The notes beneath the pieces were generated by a model that saw only the letters and a program-made list of their open reading frames with translations, made no database searches and was not told where the DNA came from. Both the position numbers and the translations under genes were made by a program. This document shows, piece after piece, positions 28,201 to 33,897 of a stretch of 64,000 nt of DNA. Source of the DNA: Agrococcus jejuensis (lineage in GTDB: Bacteria > Actinomycetota > Actinomycetes > Actinomycetales > Microbacteriaceae); NCBI RefSeq assembly GCF_007679035.1, contig NZ_VEFR01000002.1, positions 349,245 through 413,244 of the forward strand, in the 5' to 3' direction. Positions within the stretch are counted from its first letter, which is position 1. Each line of letters begins with the position of its first letter.

Positions 28201-30751
28201 AGGTCGAGGTCGCCGAGGTGCCATTCGCGTTCGTCACGCGGTAGGTGGCGCTCGGCGCCGTGCCCACGAAGGTGCTCGTGGGCGTGAAGACGAGGGTCGA
28301 GCCGCTCACCGAGTAGGTGCCACCCGTGACGGCGAGCGTCGAGACCGCCTGGCCGGAGCCGTTCAGCAGCGTGAGCGCCGACGCGTTCCAGCCGATGCTC
28401 GCGTTGCCCGTGGAGTCGTTCGCGTACGGGTTCACCGACTGGGCGACGCCCTGCGGACCCGTCGTGGCATCCGCGTTCGCCGCCGGGGTGACGGGCGTGA
28501 CGGTCGCGGCGATCGTCGCCTGCACGACCGTGCCCGCGGTGGTGCCGACGCGGTAGTCGATCTGGGTCGCGGCGCCCGTGAAGCTCGCGACGGGCGTGAA
28601 GACCACGGTGGTGCCGTTGACCGACCAGGTGCCCTGGCCCGAGACGGCGTACGACGTGACGGAGGCGCCCGTGGTGGGGTGCACGAGGCGCAGCGTCGAG
28701 CCGTCGAGCGTGACGCCCTGCGCGCCGTCGTTGGCGAGCACGGCGATGGTCTGGGCGACGCCCTGCGGTCCCGTCGACGCGTCGTCGACGGCGACCTGCG
28801 TCACGGTGGGCGTGTACCGGGCGGTCGCGGTGACGCCGCGCGAGTCGGCCACCTGGTAGCGCACGCCGGAGGCCTGGCCGACGAAGTCGGCGACGGGTGC
28901 GAACGCGATCGCTCCCGTCGACGTGTCGACCGTGTACGTGCCCTGGCCGGCGACGGCGAGCGACGTGACGGCGGACGTGCCGTCGAGGATGCGCACGGTC
29001 GACGGCACGAGCGGCACGGAGGCGACGCCGGGGGCGTCGTTCGAGAGCACGGCGGCGGTCTGCGTCGCGCCCTGGGCGCCGGTCGTGGCGTCGTCGCTCG
29101 CCGTGGGCGCGGCGGGCGCCGAGACGGTGACGGTGAGGGTCGCGGTCGTCGAGCGGCCCGCCTCGTCGGTGACGCGGTACGTGAGGGCGGGGGCGGTGCC
29201 GACGTAGCCGGCGGCGGGCGTGAAGGTGATGGCGCCGTCGGAGGTGCGCACGGTGAAGGTGCCCTGCGCCGTCGTGAGGGTCTGGACCCAGCTCGAGCCG
29301 GACTGCAGGCGCACGCTCGAGGGCACGAAGGCGACGCCGCCCGTCGTGTCGTTGTCGAGCACGGCCACGGTCGTGGCCGTCTCGAACGCGGTCGTGCGCG
29401 CGTCGTTCGCGGCCGACGGCTGCGGCACGGTGAGCGTGACGGCGTGGTCCTCGACCTCGCCTCGCTGCACGACGCCCGCGGGGTTCGCGACCATGGCGGC
29501 GGTCGTGCCGATGCGCAGGCGCGCGTAGGTCGGCGATGCGCTCGTCGCGCTCACGGCGTCGTCGGGCACGGTCCACGTGAGCGACGCCGAGCCGCTGGTG
29601 CATGTGGCCGTGGCGCGCTCGTCGCCGTCGAACGAGCCGTTGCCGTCGAAGTCGATCCACGCTGCGACGCTGTTCGTGCTCGACGTCGCGGCGGCGCACG
29701 ACACGGGCACCGTGACGCTCTGACGCGGTGCGACCGTGAGCGCGAAGCCCGCCGACAGCGCATCCTCGTCGTCGAGCCCGTTCTGGTCGTCGCCGACGGC
29801 GCCGGCGGTCGTGAAGGGCCCGGTCTCGGCATCGACGAGGCTGCCGAGGCGCGGCGTCGACTGCTGGCGCGTCGCGAGGGCGAAGGACGACGCGCTCACG
29901 TTCGTCGCGGTCGTCGAGACGGTGCCTCCCGAGAACGTGCTCACGAGCCCGTGCGTCGCCGTGCCGTAGGACGCAGGCGCATCGCTGTGGTCGAACGACG
30001 CCACGACGCCGAACGCAGCGGCCTGGATGCCGCCACCGAACAGGCGCACGCCCGTGATCGACGTGGCGCCCTCGGCCATCGCGACGACGACGTTCGTGCC
30101 CGAGCCGCACTCGCCGTTCGACGTCAGCGTGAGCTGGTTGGCCGTCGTGCTGCGCTGCGCGGTGACGTTGAAGCTCGGGCACACGCCGGCGGGCGTGCGG
30201 TCGAGGATGCGCCACGTGGCGCCCGAGGCGATGGTGCCGCGGATGCTCTCGCCCGACGCGAGGCTCTCGGCGTCCGCCATGACGAGGCCGTCGAGCGGGT
30301 AGGCGACGCCGCCGAGCGTCGCCGAGCAGGCGACGTCGAACTGCGAGGTGGCGCCGGTCTGCGTCGCGAGGCCGATCGACCCCGTGCCGGGGTAGAGGTT
30401 GTCGAGGTAGTCGCCGCTGTAGGAGCCGGGCGTGTACGGCGAGAGGATCTGGCCGGCGGTGTTGCGCTGCGTGTCACGAGCGAGGTTCGAGAGGGTGCAC
30501 GTCGTGACGAATGGCTGACCGTTGACCTGCACGGTGTTCGTCTGCGTCGCGCCCGAGTTCGCGATGGTGCCCGACCACTGGAACCAGTTGATCTCCGCGG
30601 GCAGCGCTCCGGTGCCACCCGTGGCGTACGCCGCCTGCGCCGGCGCGGGCGCGGTGACGAGCGGTGCCGCGAGGGCTCCGAGCAGCACGGCCACGAGTCC
30701 GACGAGGAGCCCATGGCGGAGCTTGCTGGGGCGCTGGCGGCGTGAGAGCAC
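13265..30751 (-). CDS. Giant (5,828 aa) LPXTG-anchored cell-surface protein with about 50 tandem Ig-like (Big_9 / tandem-95-type) repeats
   Basis: One uninterrupted 17,487-nt ORF with a GTG start. The signal peptide is VLSRRQRPSKLRHGLLVGLVAVLLGALAAPLVTAPAPAQA. The ~430-aa non-repetitive N-terminal region includes a GEVED-type motif (FDGNGSFDGDE...GEVEDHAVTL). About 50 repeats of ~95-100 aa follow, each with the signature ...ARQGA.V.V..LANDxAG...VPL.P.TL.LLD...GQGTY.VDR.....PR.VFTP...F.GTAT.VTYRVADANGTT.TAT.TPT...VTPVA.. After a PGTPGPSD x3 linker, the C-terminus ends with the sorting signal LPRTG plus a hydrophobic segment and RRRR. Confidence 0.85.
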   Translation of the reverse strand: MLSRRQRPSKLRHGLLVGLVAVLLGALAAPLVTAPAPAQAAYATGGTGALPAEINWFQWSGTIANSGATQTNTVQVNGQPFVTTCTLSNLARDTQRNTAGQILSPYTPGSYSGDYLDNLYPGTGSIGLATQTGATSQFDVACSATLGGVAYPLDGLVMADAESLASGESIRGTIASGATWRILDRTPAGVCPSFNVTAQRSTTANQLTLTSNGECGSGTNVVVAMAEGATSITGVRLFGGGIQAAAFGVVASFDHSDAPASYGTATHGLVSTFSGGTVSTTATNVSASSFALATRQQSTPRLGSLVDAETGPFTTAGAVGDDQNGLDDEDALSAGFALTVAPRQSVTVPVSCAAATSSTNSVAAWIDFDGNGSFDGDERATATCTSGSASLTWTVPDDAVSATSASPTYARLRIGTTAAMVANPAGVVQRGEVEDHAVTLTVPQPSAANDARTTAFETATTVAVLDNDTTGGVAFVPSSVRLQSGSSWVQTLTTAQGTFTVRTSDGAITFTPAAGYVGTAPALTYRVTDEAGRSTTATLTVTVSAPAAPTASDDATTGAQGATQTAAVLSNDAPGVASVPLVPSTVRILDGTSAVTSLAVAGQGTYTVDTSTGAIAFAPVADFVGQASGVRYQVADSRGVTATARYTPTVTQVAVDDASTGPQGVAQTIAVLANDGAQGVTLDGSTLRLVHPTTGASVTSYAVSGQGTWSVNGTTVVFTPVASFTGAATQIDYRVGTTAGTVVQATIAATVTPVTPAANADATTGPQGVAQSVNPYANDSTGNASIGWNASALTLLNGSGQAVSTLAVTGGTYSVSGSTLVFTPTSTFVGTAPSATYRVTNANGTSATSTYTATTTAVTPTAANDVSQGAQGALQRIDPLANDQAGNAAVPLVRSTLTLLSGTTAVTALTVGSQGTWRVVDGQLTFQPLPGFTGVATAAPYRVADANGTTTTATWTATVQTGVSPDASTGAQGLAQTVAVLANDATDVVPATLRLVDPSTGQLASSITVSGQGTYAVQNGQVVFTPLAAFRGAATPVTYDVEDGQGNHRRTTLAVTVTAVNPALQPDTTTGPQGVAQSTQPLANDAPGNPNVPLAPSTLTLLNGSGQAVTSLAVTGGTYALSGTTITFTPDRTFIGTPASVSYRVADANGTAATTTFTPTFVRVTPVAANDAATGAQGIALSVAPLANDQAGNAAVPLTPGTLTLLSGGQATDQVVVAGQGTYTVDRSTPSSPRIVFTPEPTFVGSATPVSYRVADANGTTTTAAYTPTLTAVTPVANPDAGTARQGAAVAVAPLGNDAAGDARRPLQPTTLALVGANGASVDEVVVAGQGTYRVDRSTPSMPVVRFTPLPAFTGQANAATYRVADANGTVATSTITPTITPVTPTAANDTTSARQGAPASVAVLANDAAGDAGVPLDPASLRLVDGNGQLATTITVATQGTWTIDRSTASAPRIVFTPLPAFTGEATAQRYRIADANGTTADATVTSTITPVTPTATDDSATTRQGGAVAVVPIGNDAAGDPAVPLVDSSVTLLTPTGQATAERTISGQGTYALSFAANGRAIVTFTPLPGFTGVATPVPYRVADANGTTATASIRITVAAVTPVANPDAGSARQGAEVRVDAVANDARGHVDVALVRSSLTLVGANDAAVDLLLVPGQGSYRVDRSVAASPVLVFAPAPAFTGTATPATYRVADANGTTATSTFTPTITAVTPVAANDTASARQGAAASVAVLANDAAGDAAVPLRPDTLRLLDGTGAETTEVVVAGQGTYAITRADAAAPRVVFTPIPSFAGTATAVTYRVADANGTTTTATVTPTIEAVVPDAVDDVASARQGAAASVAVLANDVAGHPDVPLAPGSVTLLDAAGQPATSVRVDGAGTYALDTRTASAPRVVFTPLASYVGTPTAVTYRVADANGTTTTAVVTVTIGAVTPVAVDDVASARQGAPASVAPLANDLAGDADVPLVADTLELLDANGAPAETVTVAGGSYAIVDGAQPRIVFTPDAAFAGEAAPVTYRVADANGTTATARFTPTIGAVTPIARPDAGSARQGAPATIDALANDEAGDADVPLRPTSLALLADGAPVDEIVVPNEGTWTVDRDGAEPVLVFTPLATFTGATAAVAYRVLDENGTQATSTAIATIGAVTPVAIDDEGTARQGATVVIDALANDEPGDADVPLDDASLVLLDGDAEVSEIVVDGQGTWTIDRATASLVFTPLAGFVGTAAVDYRVRDDNGTPADATARAILTAVTPTAAPDAGDGRQGETVRIDALANDEAGDPDVPLQPATLRLLSGATPVTELVVADEGTWTVDLDADGGPELVFAPLPGFSGLTTAAPYRVLDANGTQAASTAVATITAVTPLAADDVAAGRQGAPASVAVLANDASGHPDVPLRPTTLELLGADGQPAATVTIDGQGTYAITRADAAAPRVEFTPIPSFTGQATPVTYRVADANGTTTTATVTPTIDAVTPTAQADWASARQGAPVRIDAVANDLAGHADVPLAPATLALLDGAGAATDEVVTVVGAWRVDRTTAEAPVLVFTPQPSFVGTTEPVAYRVLDANGTAATSVATATITAVTPTATPDVAAARQGAPASVAPLANDRPGLADVPLVPSTLVLLDTAGQPATTVDVDGGRYAIEASETAPRIVFSPAASFTGEAAPVTYSVADANGTRTSSTFTPTITSVVPVATNDRQSERQGLPVRIDAVANDQAGHPDVPLVQSTLTLRDGAGNDVDELVVQDRGTWRVDRSVAAAPVLVFTPLPSFGGATSRVTYAVADANGTVTTARATAMLEAVTPVAADDQAAARQGAEASVAPLANDAAGHPDVPLDPETLELLDANDQPATIVDVAAGSYRIEQVAGVPTIVFTPLASFVGPADPVRYRVADANGTTTTARFTPTISGVQPVAARDGGAARQGASVTVAPLENDAPGIDDVPLDPESFTLLDDDGQPVAELVVAGVGRWTVDRTDPAAPTVTFAPERGFTGDASIDYEVRDQNGTVATTTITATIAPVTPSADDDFATARQGAVASVAPLDNDDAGHPDVPLDPATLSLLDGTTVVDEVVVAGQGTYALDRGAQGGPRIVFTPVSTFTGNATVVTYRVADANGTTTTATFRPTLSAVRPVANPDAGTARQGARVSMAVLANDLAGDPAVALRPGTLQLLDAQGAPATTVAVTGGSYAIDATNAAAPRVVFTPDATFVGTAASVTYSVADANGTRTTSTATPTLTAVTPVAIDDAATGRQGAAVAVEPLRNDIPGHADVQLDADTLTLLDGTAAVDSLRVPGQGTYAIERGGEGGPRIVFTPETTYVGTADAVAYRVADANGTTTSATYAATLTAVTPIAADDAATGRQGSTVAVAPLANDVPGDAAVALEPGSITLLDGTTAVDVLVVADQGTYALDRAAAGGPRIAFTPLPAFVGTATGVAYRVADANGTATTATFTPTLTAVTPVANADEGSARQGAPVSLPVLANDVAGDRAVPLDPASLRLVGAGSALVTELVVDGQGTWTIDRATASAPRVVFTPLPGFVGEATPVDYSIADANGTRATAAVAATIDAVTPTANPDVASARQGAPASVAVLANDRAGHPDVRLVPSTLTLLDGTGAPATTVRVVGGTYAIDASTAAAPRVEFTPAPSFVGTAAPVTYRVADANGTTTTATVTPTIGAVTPVATPDVGEAHQGTTVTIDALANDRAGAADVPLARPTLMLLDGEAAVDELVIDGQGAWTVDRRTESAPVLVFTPLPTYAGSSTVAYRVADANGTVATSTATATLVAVTPTATDDAATARQGAAASVAVLTNDAAGHPDVALDPASVRLLVDGAPVTSIEVDGVGTWTIDRANLVAPRIVFTPVATYVGTPDAVTYVVADANGTTATAQVTATIAAVTPIAVADAGEARQGATVTIDAVANDDAGHPAVPIVASTLTLVDAEGAAADEVEIAGQGTWRVDRDDEDAPVLVFAPLPSFASTSTVSYRVSDANGTVATSTATAIIDAVTPIARPDVATSRQGATASVAPLANDAAGLDDVPLDPTTLTLVDDAGTPVATVTVAGQGTYAVVADATMPRIAFTPEPSFRGTATPARYGVADANGTVAIATVTAVVEAVTPVATADVASARQGAPVSVAPLANDAAGRDDVPLDPETLELLGADGQPAATVAIDGQGTYEIDADAEGGPRIVFTPLDAWVGAATPVTYRVADANGTRTSATFTPTSLAVTPVADPDAATGRQGAPVSIAVLANDVAGLDEVPLDPATLTLLVDGAPVDRIEVADEGTWTIDRTTAGGPYLVFAPLPGFTGDASPIAYRVSDDNGTHASAVVDVTIDAVTPTAAPDGGAARQGASVTIDAIENDVAGHPDVPLAPASLSLLDGETAVDELEIEGQGTWTVDRADVDAPVLVFAPLPGFVGQSTVAYRVADANGTPATSTATATIGAVLPVANPNSAGTRQGAPVTIDVVANDAAGDPDVPLVPSTLTLLDGETAVDELVVTGEGTWTVDRTVEAAPVVRFAPELGFAGPATTVAYRVADANSTTAASTVGVRVAPVVPVANDDEAAARQGARASVAPLANDAAGHPDVPLVPSTLTLLDADGADAPSVTIADAGTYALELDAEGGPRIVFTPLPGFTGTADAVRYRVADENGTTVEAGFAATITGVAPVAVADAGTARQGAPVTVSPLANDVAGLDEVPLDADSLLLLDADGEPIARVVVPGVGTWSIDRAGAGGPTVTFAPEADYSGTATIEYEVRDANGTRTSSSIAATIVAVTPTAEADRGQTYQGAPMTVDVLANDAAGHPDVPLVPSTLTLLDADGEPTDRIFVLDEGTWTIELGDDDLPVVRFAPAAGFRGDAAPVEYRVADANGTLARAEIVVAVAAVAPVAVDDVASGLQGAPVSIAPLANDVPGRTEVPLVPSTLTLLTAAGAPVDVLVVAGEGRYAIDRDAMGGPRIVFTPEADHTGAATPVAYRVADANGTAVEATFTPTSTAVTPVATDDEATTTQGRSATILVLANDQAGHPSIALRPSTLTLLDAAGDAVTTLDVADQGTWRIDRTDAAAPRLVFEPLATFAGDATPVSYRIADANGATATAEVAVRVTPVTPIAVDDEGEARQGAVVAVSPLDNDRAGAPGVPLVASSLTLLDANGARVDEVSVPGVGTWSIDRAGATPRIVFATDPTFTGSASVQYAVADANGTWTTAAIVIAEVTAVTPVAADDAGAALQGSPVRIDPLANDRAGDPAVALDPASLMLLDAAGEPVATREVEDEGTWSIDRDDPAAPRVVFTPLPTFRGDATPVGYVVADVNGTRATASLGVTITAVLPVATDDVGAARQGAAATIDVLANDAAGHPSVPLRPATLELVDADGAGVDRLVVDGQGVWTIDRSTPAAPVVVFTPAATFSGDATPVPYRVADANGTVATATVGATIGAVAPIASPDLGTGRQGAPVVVDVLANDEAGDPDVPLRPQTLQLLDDAGQPIDRVVVDGQGVWTIDRSGDAPVLVFTPEPGFVGTTPAVGYRVSDANGIPATGTARATVSAVTPVAADDSSSGVQRAPQSVDPLANDAAGDPGVPLVRESLTLLDAVGAPAAVVVVAGEGSYALVDGRIVFTPEAGFVGIGAGVAYRVLDANGTAAAATYRPQVTAGSTEVVADIAASAPEGSPVTVDPGSVSPTLQRDSVRLLDAFGAQVQRLVVPGEGVWEVDVATGLVTFTPEVGFTRNPTPVRWTGIAADGTIVTGEIVIEFAQDPGTPGPSDPGTPGPSDPGTPAPSDPGTPEPSAPAPSGPGSDDGGPESGAEGGQAGSDLPRTGVAVAGWLALAAMLAIGAGLVLGVRRRRGEG

Positions 30752-30867
30752 GGCGAGGAGACCTCTCGGAGGGCATGACTGCAGGGATTGCGACGAGCGC
30801 AGAGATGCTCCGGCGGCACTGATTCCGTAGCGTCACGATCCTATGCGTCCGCACCGCACATTCGTGA

Positions 30868-30892
30868 GGAATTGTCAACGGCATTGACGCTT
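30868..30892 (-). promoter_or_regulatory. Candidate promoter/operator of the giant gene: an AT-richer patch with a TTGACA hexamer inside an inverted repeat TGTCAAcggcaTTGAC
   Basis: It lies about 120 bp upstream (on the minus strand) of the GTG start. Local GC is lower than surroundings. No convincing -10 was found by eye. Confidence 0.3.
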
Positions 30893-31207
30893 CCGCCCGA
30901 GGCTCATGCGGCGTGCCCTTGTACCCCGGTGAGTCGAGGACACTTCATGTATTTCGCTCGTCCACGGAACGGGGTACAGGATCGGCGTGTCGCACGCCGA
31001 CGCGCGGCCAGGTCGTTCGATCGACGTACGAGACGCCTGACGCGGCACGACGCTTCGATGGCCTCCCGACGCGAGGGGGCCACCGACGCCCGCCCTCGGC
31101 GAGGGTCAGCGGCCCCTGCCGCGTCGCGATCGCGGCCGGCTCGTCGGCGGCGGTCGGGTCGAGCACGGCATCCCCGCGGCGGTCGTCGACGACGACCGCC
31201 GCTGCGG

Positions 31208-32794
31208 TCATCGCGCGTCGGAGGCCTCGTGGCCCGCCGGGGGCTGCTCGCCACCCAGGATCGACGACGCAGCGGCGGCGACTCCCGAGTCGCCGGCCGA
31301 CCGGCGCTGCGCACCCGCGACGGCGGAGCCCGCGGCGTTGCCCTGAGCCGTGGCGTTGATGACCTGCTGCAGGTCGATGCCCGTGGCGTCCTTCATCATC
31401 GTCGTCATGGAGGCGATGTTGCCCACCATGTCCGCCGTGAGCTTGTTCGTGCCGTCGGCCGAGACGACCGTGATGTTCGACGAGGCGTAGGCCTTCGCGA
31501 ACGCCTCGGCGACCTCGGGCAGGCGCTCGAGCAGCTCCTGCGCGAGCACGAACTGGCTGTTCTCGGCGAGGGCGGCGGCGCGAGCGGCGATGGCGTCGCC
31601 CTCTGCGCGACCGCGGGCCGAGATCGCCTCGGCCTCGGCGCGACCCTTGGCGGCGACGGCCACGGCCTCGGCCTCGCCCTCTGCCTTCTGCGCCTCGGCG
31701 GCAGCGATGCGCGACGTGCGCTGGGCGTTGCCTCGCGCCTCGGTCACGCTGGCCTCGGCGACACCCTCGGCCTTCTGCGCCTCGGCACGAGCCTCGCGGG
31801 CTGCACGGTCGGCGTTCGCCTCGGTCGACTTCGCGACGGCGTTCGCCTCGGCCGTGATGCGGATGCGGTAGGCCTCGGCGTCGGCGACCTTGCGCACCTC
31901 GGCGTTCAGCGTCTGCTCCTTGAGCTCGGCTTCGCGCTGGGCGGTGATCTCCTCCTGCTGCACGATCGCCTGACGCTGCACGGCATCCTCGAGCGGCTTC
32001 GCCGCGTTCGCCTGCGCGAGCGCCTTGTCGGTCTCGGCCTGCACGGCCGCCTCCTGCAGCTGCAGCACGCGGTTGGCCTCGAGGATCTGCTTCTTCGCCT
32101 CGATCGACGCCTGCTCGGCCGCCTTCTGCGCCTCGGTGTTCGCGATCGCGGCCGCACGCTGCACGGCCGCCGACTCGGGCACGCCGAGGTTCGCGATGTA
32201 GTTCTGGGTGTCGTTGATCTCCTGGATCTGCAGGGTGTCGACGTTGAGGCCCTGCTTCGTCAGCGCATCCTCGGCCGCCTGCAGCACCGCGTCGGCGAGC
32301 GCCTTGCGGTCGTGGATGATCTCGAGCACCGTGAGCGAGCCGATGATGCCGCGGAGCGAGCCCGAGAGCACCTCCTGCGTGGACGACTCGATCTCCTCCT
32401 GCTGCGAGAGGAATCGCTGGGCCGCGTGGCGGATCATCTCCTCGGAGCCACCGACCTTGATGACGGCGACGGCCTGCGCGTGGATCGTGATGCCGTTGCG
32501 GGTCTGCGCCGTCGTGTTGAACAGCAGTCGGCGCGAGCGCAGCGACATGCGGAAGTGCTTCTGCACGAACGGCATGACGAAGATGCCGCCACCCGTGACG
32601 ACCTTCTGGCCCGAGAGGTCGGTGACCTCCTCGCCCTTGGCGTCGATGTACGTGCGGCCCTTGCGGCCCGTGACGATGATCGCCTCGTCGGGCTCCGCGA
32701 TGCGGTAGCGGCGGATGGCGCCGAAGACGAGCAGCAGGAGGACGATGACGCCGAGTGCGATGAGCACGACGAGGCCGAGGTCGAGACCGAGCAC
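31208..32794 (-). CDS. Flotillin-family (SPFH / band-7) membrane-microdomain protein
   Basis: It has an N-terminal transmembrane segment, an SPFH region (RYRIAEPDEAIIVTGRKG...VMPFVQKH...) and a long Ala/Glu-rich coiled-coil (EAQKAAEQASIEAKKQILEANR...). Confidence 0.8.
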   Translation of the reverse strand: MLGLDLGLVVLIALGVIVLLLLVFGAIRRYRIAEPDEAIIVTGRKGRTYIDAKGEEVTDLSGQKVVTGGGIFVMPFVQKHFRMSLRSRRLLFNTTAQTRNGITIHAQAVAVIKVGGSEEMIRHAAQRFLSQQEEIESSTQEVLSGSLRGIIGSLTVLEIIHDRKALADAVLQAAEDALTKQGLNVDTLQIQEINDTQNYIANLGVPESAAVQRAAAIANTEAQKAAEQASIEAKKQILEANRVLQLQEAAVQAETDKALAQANAAKPLEDAVQRQAIVQQEEITAQREAELKEQTLNAEVRKVADAEAYRIRITAEANAVAKSTEANADRAAREARAEAQKAEGVAEASVTEARGNAQRTSRIAAAEAQKAEGEAEAVAVAAKGRAEAEAISARGRAEGDAIAARAAALAENSQFVLAQELLERLPEVAEAFAKAYASSNITVVSADGTNKLTADMVGNIASMTTMMKDATGIDLQQVINATAQGNAAGSAVAGAQRRSAGDSGVAAAASSILGGEQPPAGHEASDAR

Positions 32795-32959
32795 GAGGGT
32801 CCTTCGTTTCGAGGGAGGGGATGCTCGCCCAACCTATGGAAGTCGTCTGGACGGCTCCTGGCCGGCGGCTCGACGATGCCTCGGCCGAGGACGGTCCCCC
32901 ACCAGCGAGCGCCGTCCTCACGACCGTCGCGTGACGTGCGCCCTTCGAGCCCGGGCCGC

Positions 32960-33778
32960 TCAGTCCGAGTGCGTCGACGCCGGCAGCATGATGCCCTCGA
33001 ACGGGGCGACGCCGGTCTCGTACGCCCGCTCGTCGTCCTGCGAGATCACGGTGCCGCCGATGAAGAGGCTGACGCCCGAGTCGGTCTCCGTCCACGCACC
33101 CTCGGGGGCCGTGTCGCGACGCACGTCCCAGATCGACACCCACACCCACATGGAGTCGCGCTCGGCCATCCCCGCCCACATCCACATCGCGTCGGGGTCG
33201 AGGGAGCCGAACTGCGCCACGACCTGCTCGTCGCGGTCGGCCTCGGTCTCGTAGTCGTAGGGCTCGCGCTCGTGATCCCAGACGATCGGTCCGTAGCCGA
33301 GGTCGGCGAGCTCGGCGCCGAGCGCAGCGGCCATCGCGGACCAGTCGGCATCGGCAGCGAGGCCGTCGCCGAGGTTCGTGGGCGAGTTGTAGACGCGGTG
33401 CAGCGTCGGCCCGCCGTAGCCGTTGCCGCCGCCGGTCGGCAGGACGTCGTCGGCGTTGCCCGTAGGCACCAGCGACCACTCGAGCTCGGGGACGACCGGC
33501 TCGACCGCGGCGGCGAGCGCGACGAGCTCCGCGTCGCCCACCGCCTCGACCTCCTCGGCGCGAGGCGCGGCGAGCACGGAGGCGGGGTCCTGGGAGGCGT
33601 CGGCCGGGTAGTCGGCCCAGTCGAGCACCACCTGGCTGCCGTCGTCGGCCGTGACCGTGGCCGTGGGGCTCGGAGGGTCGACGAGACGCTCGAGCATGAC
33701 GGCACCGGTCGCGAGCCCGGCGACGACGATCGCGGCGACGCCGCCGATCGCGAGGGTGAGTCGGGTGGGAGCGCGCAT
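32960..33778 (-). CDS. Hypothetical protein with an N-terminal membrane anchor and an acidic, Trp-rich extracellular domain
   Basis: The 272-aa ORF starts MRAPTRLTLAIGGVAAIVVAGLATGAV and has no recognisable family. It is co-directional with, and upstream of, the flotillin gene. Confidence 0.45.
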   Translation of the reverse strand: MRAPTRLTLAIGGVAAIVVAGLATGAVMLERLVDPPSPTATVTADDGSQVVLDWADYPADASQDPASVLAAPRAEEVEAVGDAELVALAAAVEPVVPELEWSLVPTGNADDVLPTGGGNGYGGPTLHRVYNSPTNLGDGLAADADWSAMAAALGAELADLGYGPIVWDHEREPYDYETEADRDEQVVAQFGSLDPDAMWMWAGMAERDSMWVWVSIWDVRRDTAPEGAWTETDSGVSLFIGGTVISQDDERAYETGVAPFEGIMLPASTHSD

Positions 33779-33897
33779 CGCCTCGACGGTAGCCGCGCGC
33801 CCCTGGGAGGCGCGTCGTCCGCGCGGATGATCCCTCGGCGCCGCGTCGCGGTCGCGGACGACGCGCGACGAGCCAGGGCGACCGCGCCCTTGACCCC

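Noticed and set aside
14735-30745. A 5,336-aa open frame on the plus strand, antisense to the giant adhesin gene. Also a 2,635-aa minus-strand alternate frame at 22308..30215.
   Set aside because: These are stop-codon-free frames that arise from the extreme GC content and internal repetition. The translations are Arg/Gly/Asp homopolymeric nonsense with no start context, signal peptide or domain. The sense frame has a coherent signal peptide, repeat architecture and LPXTG signal.
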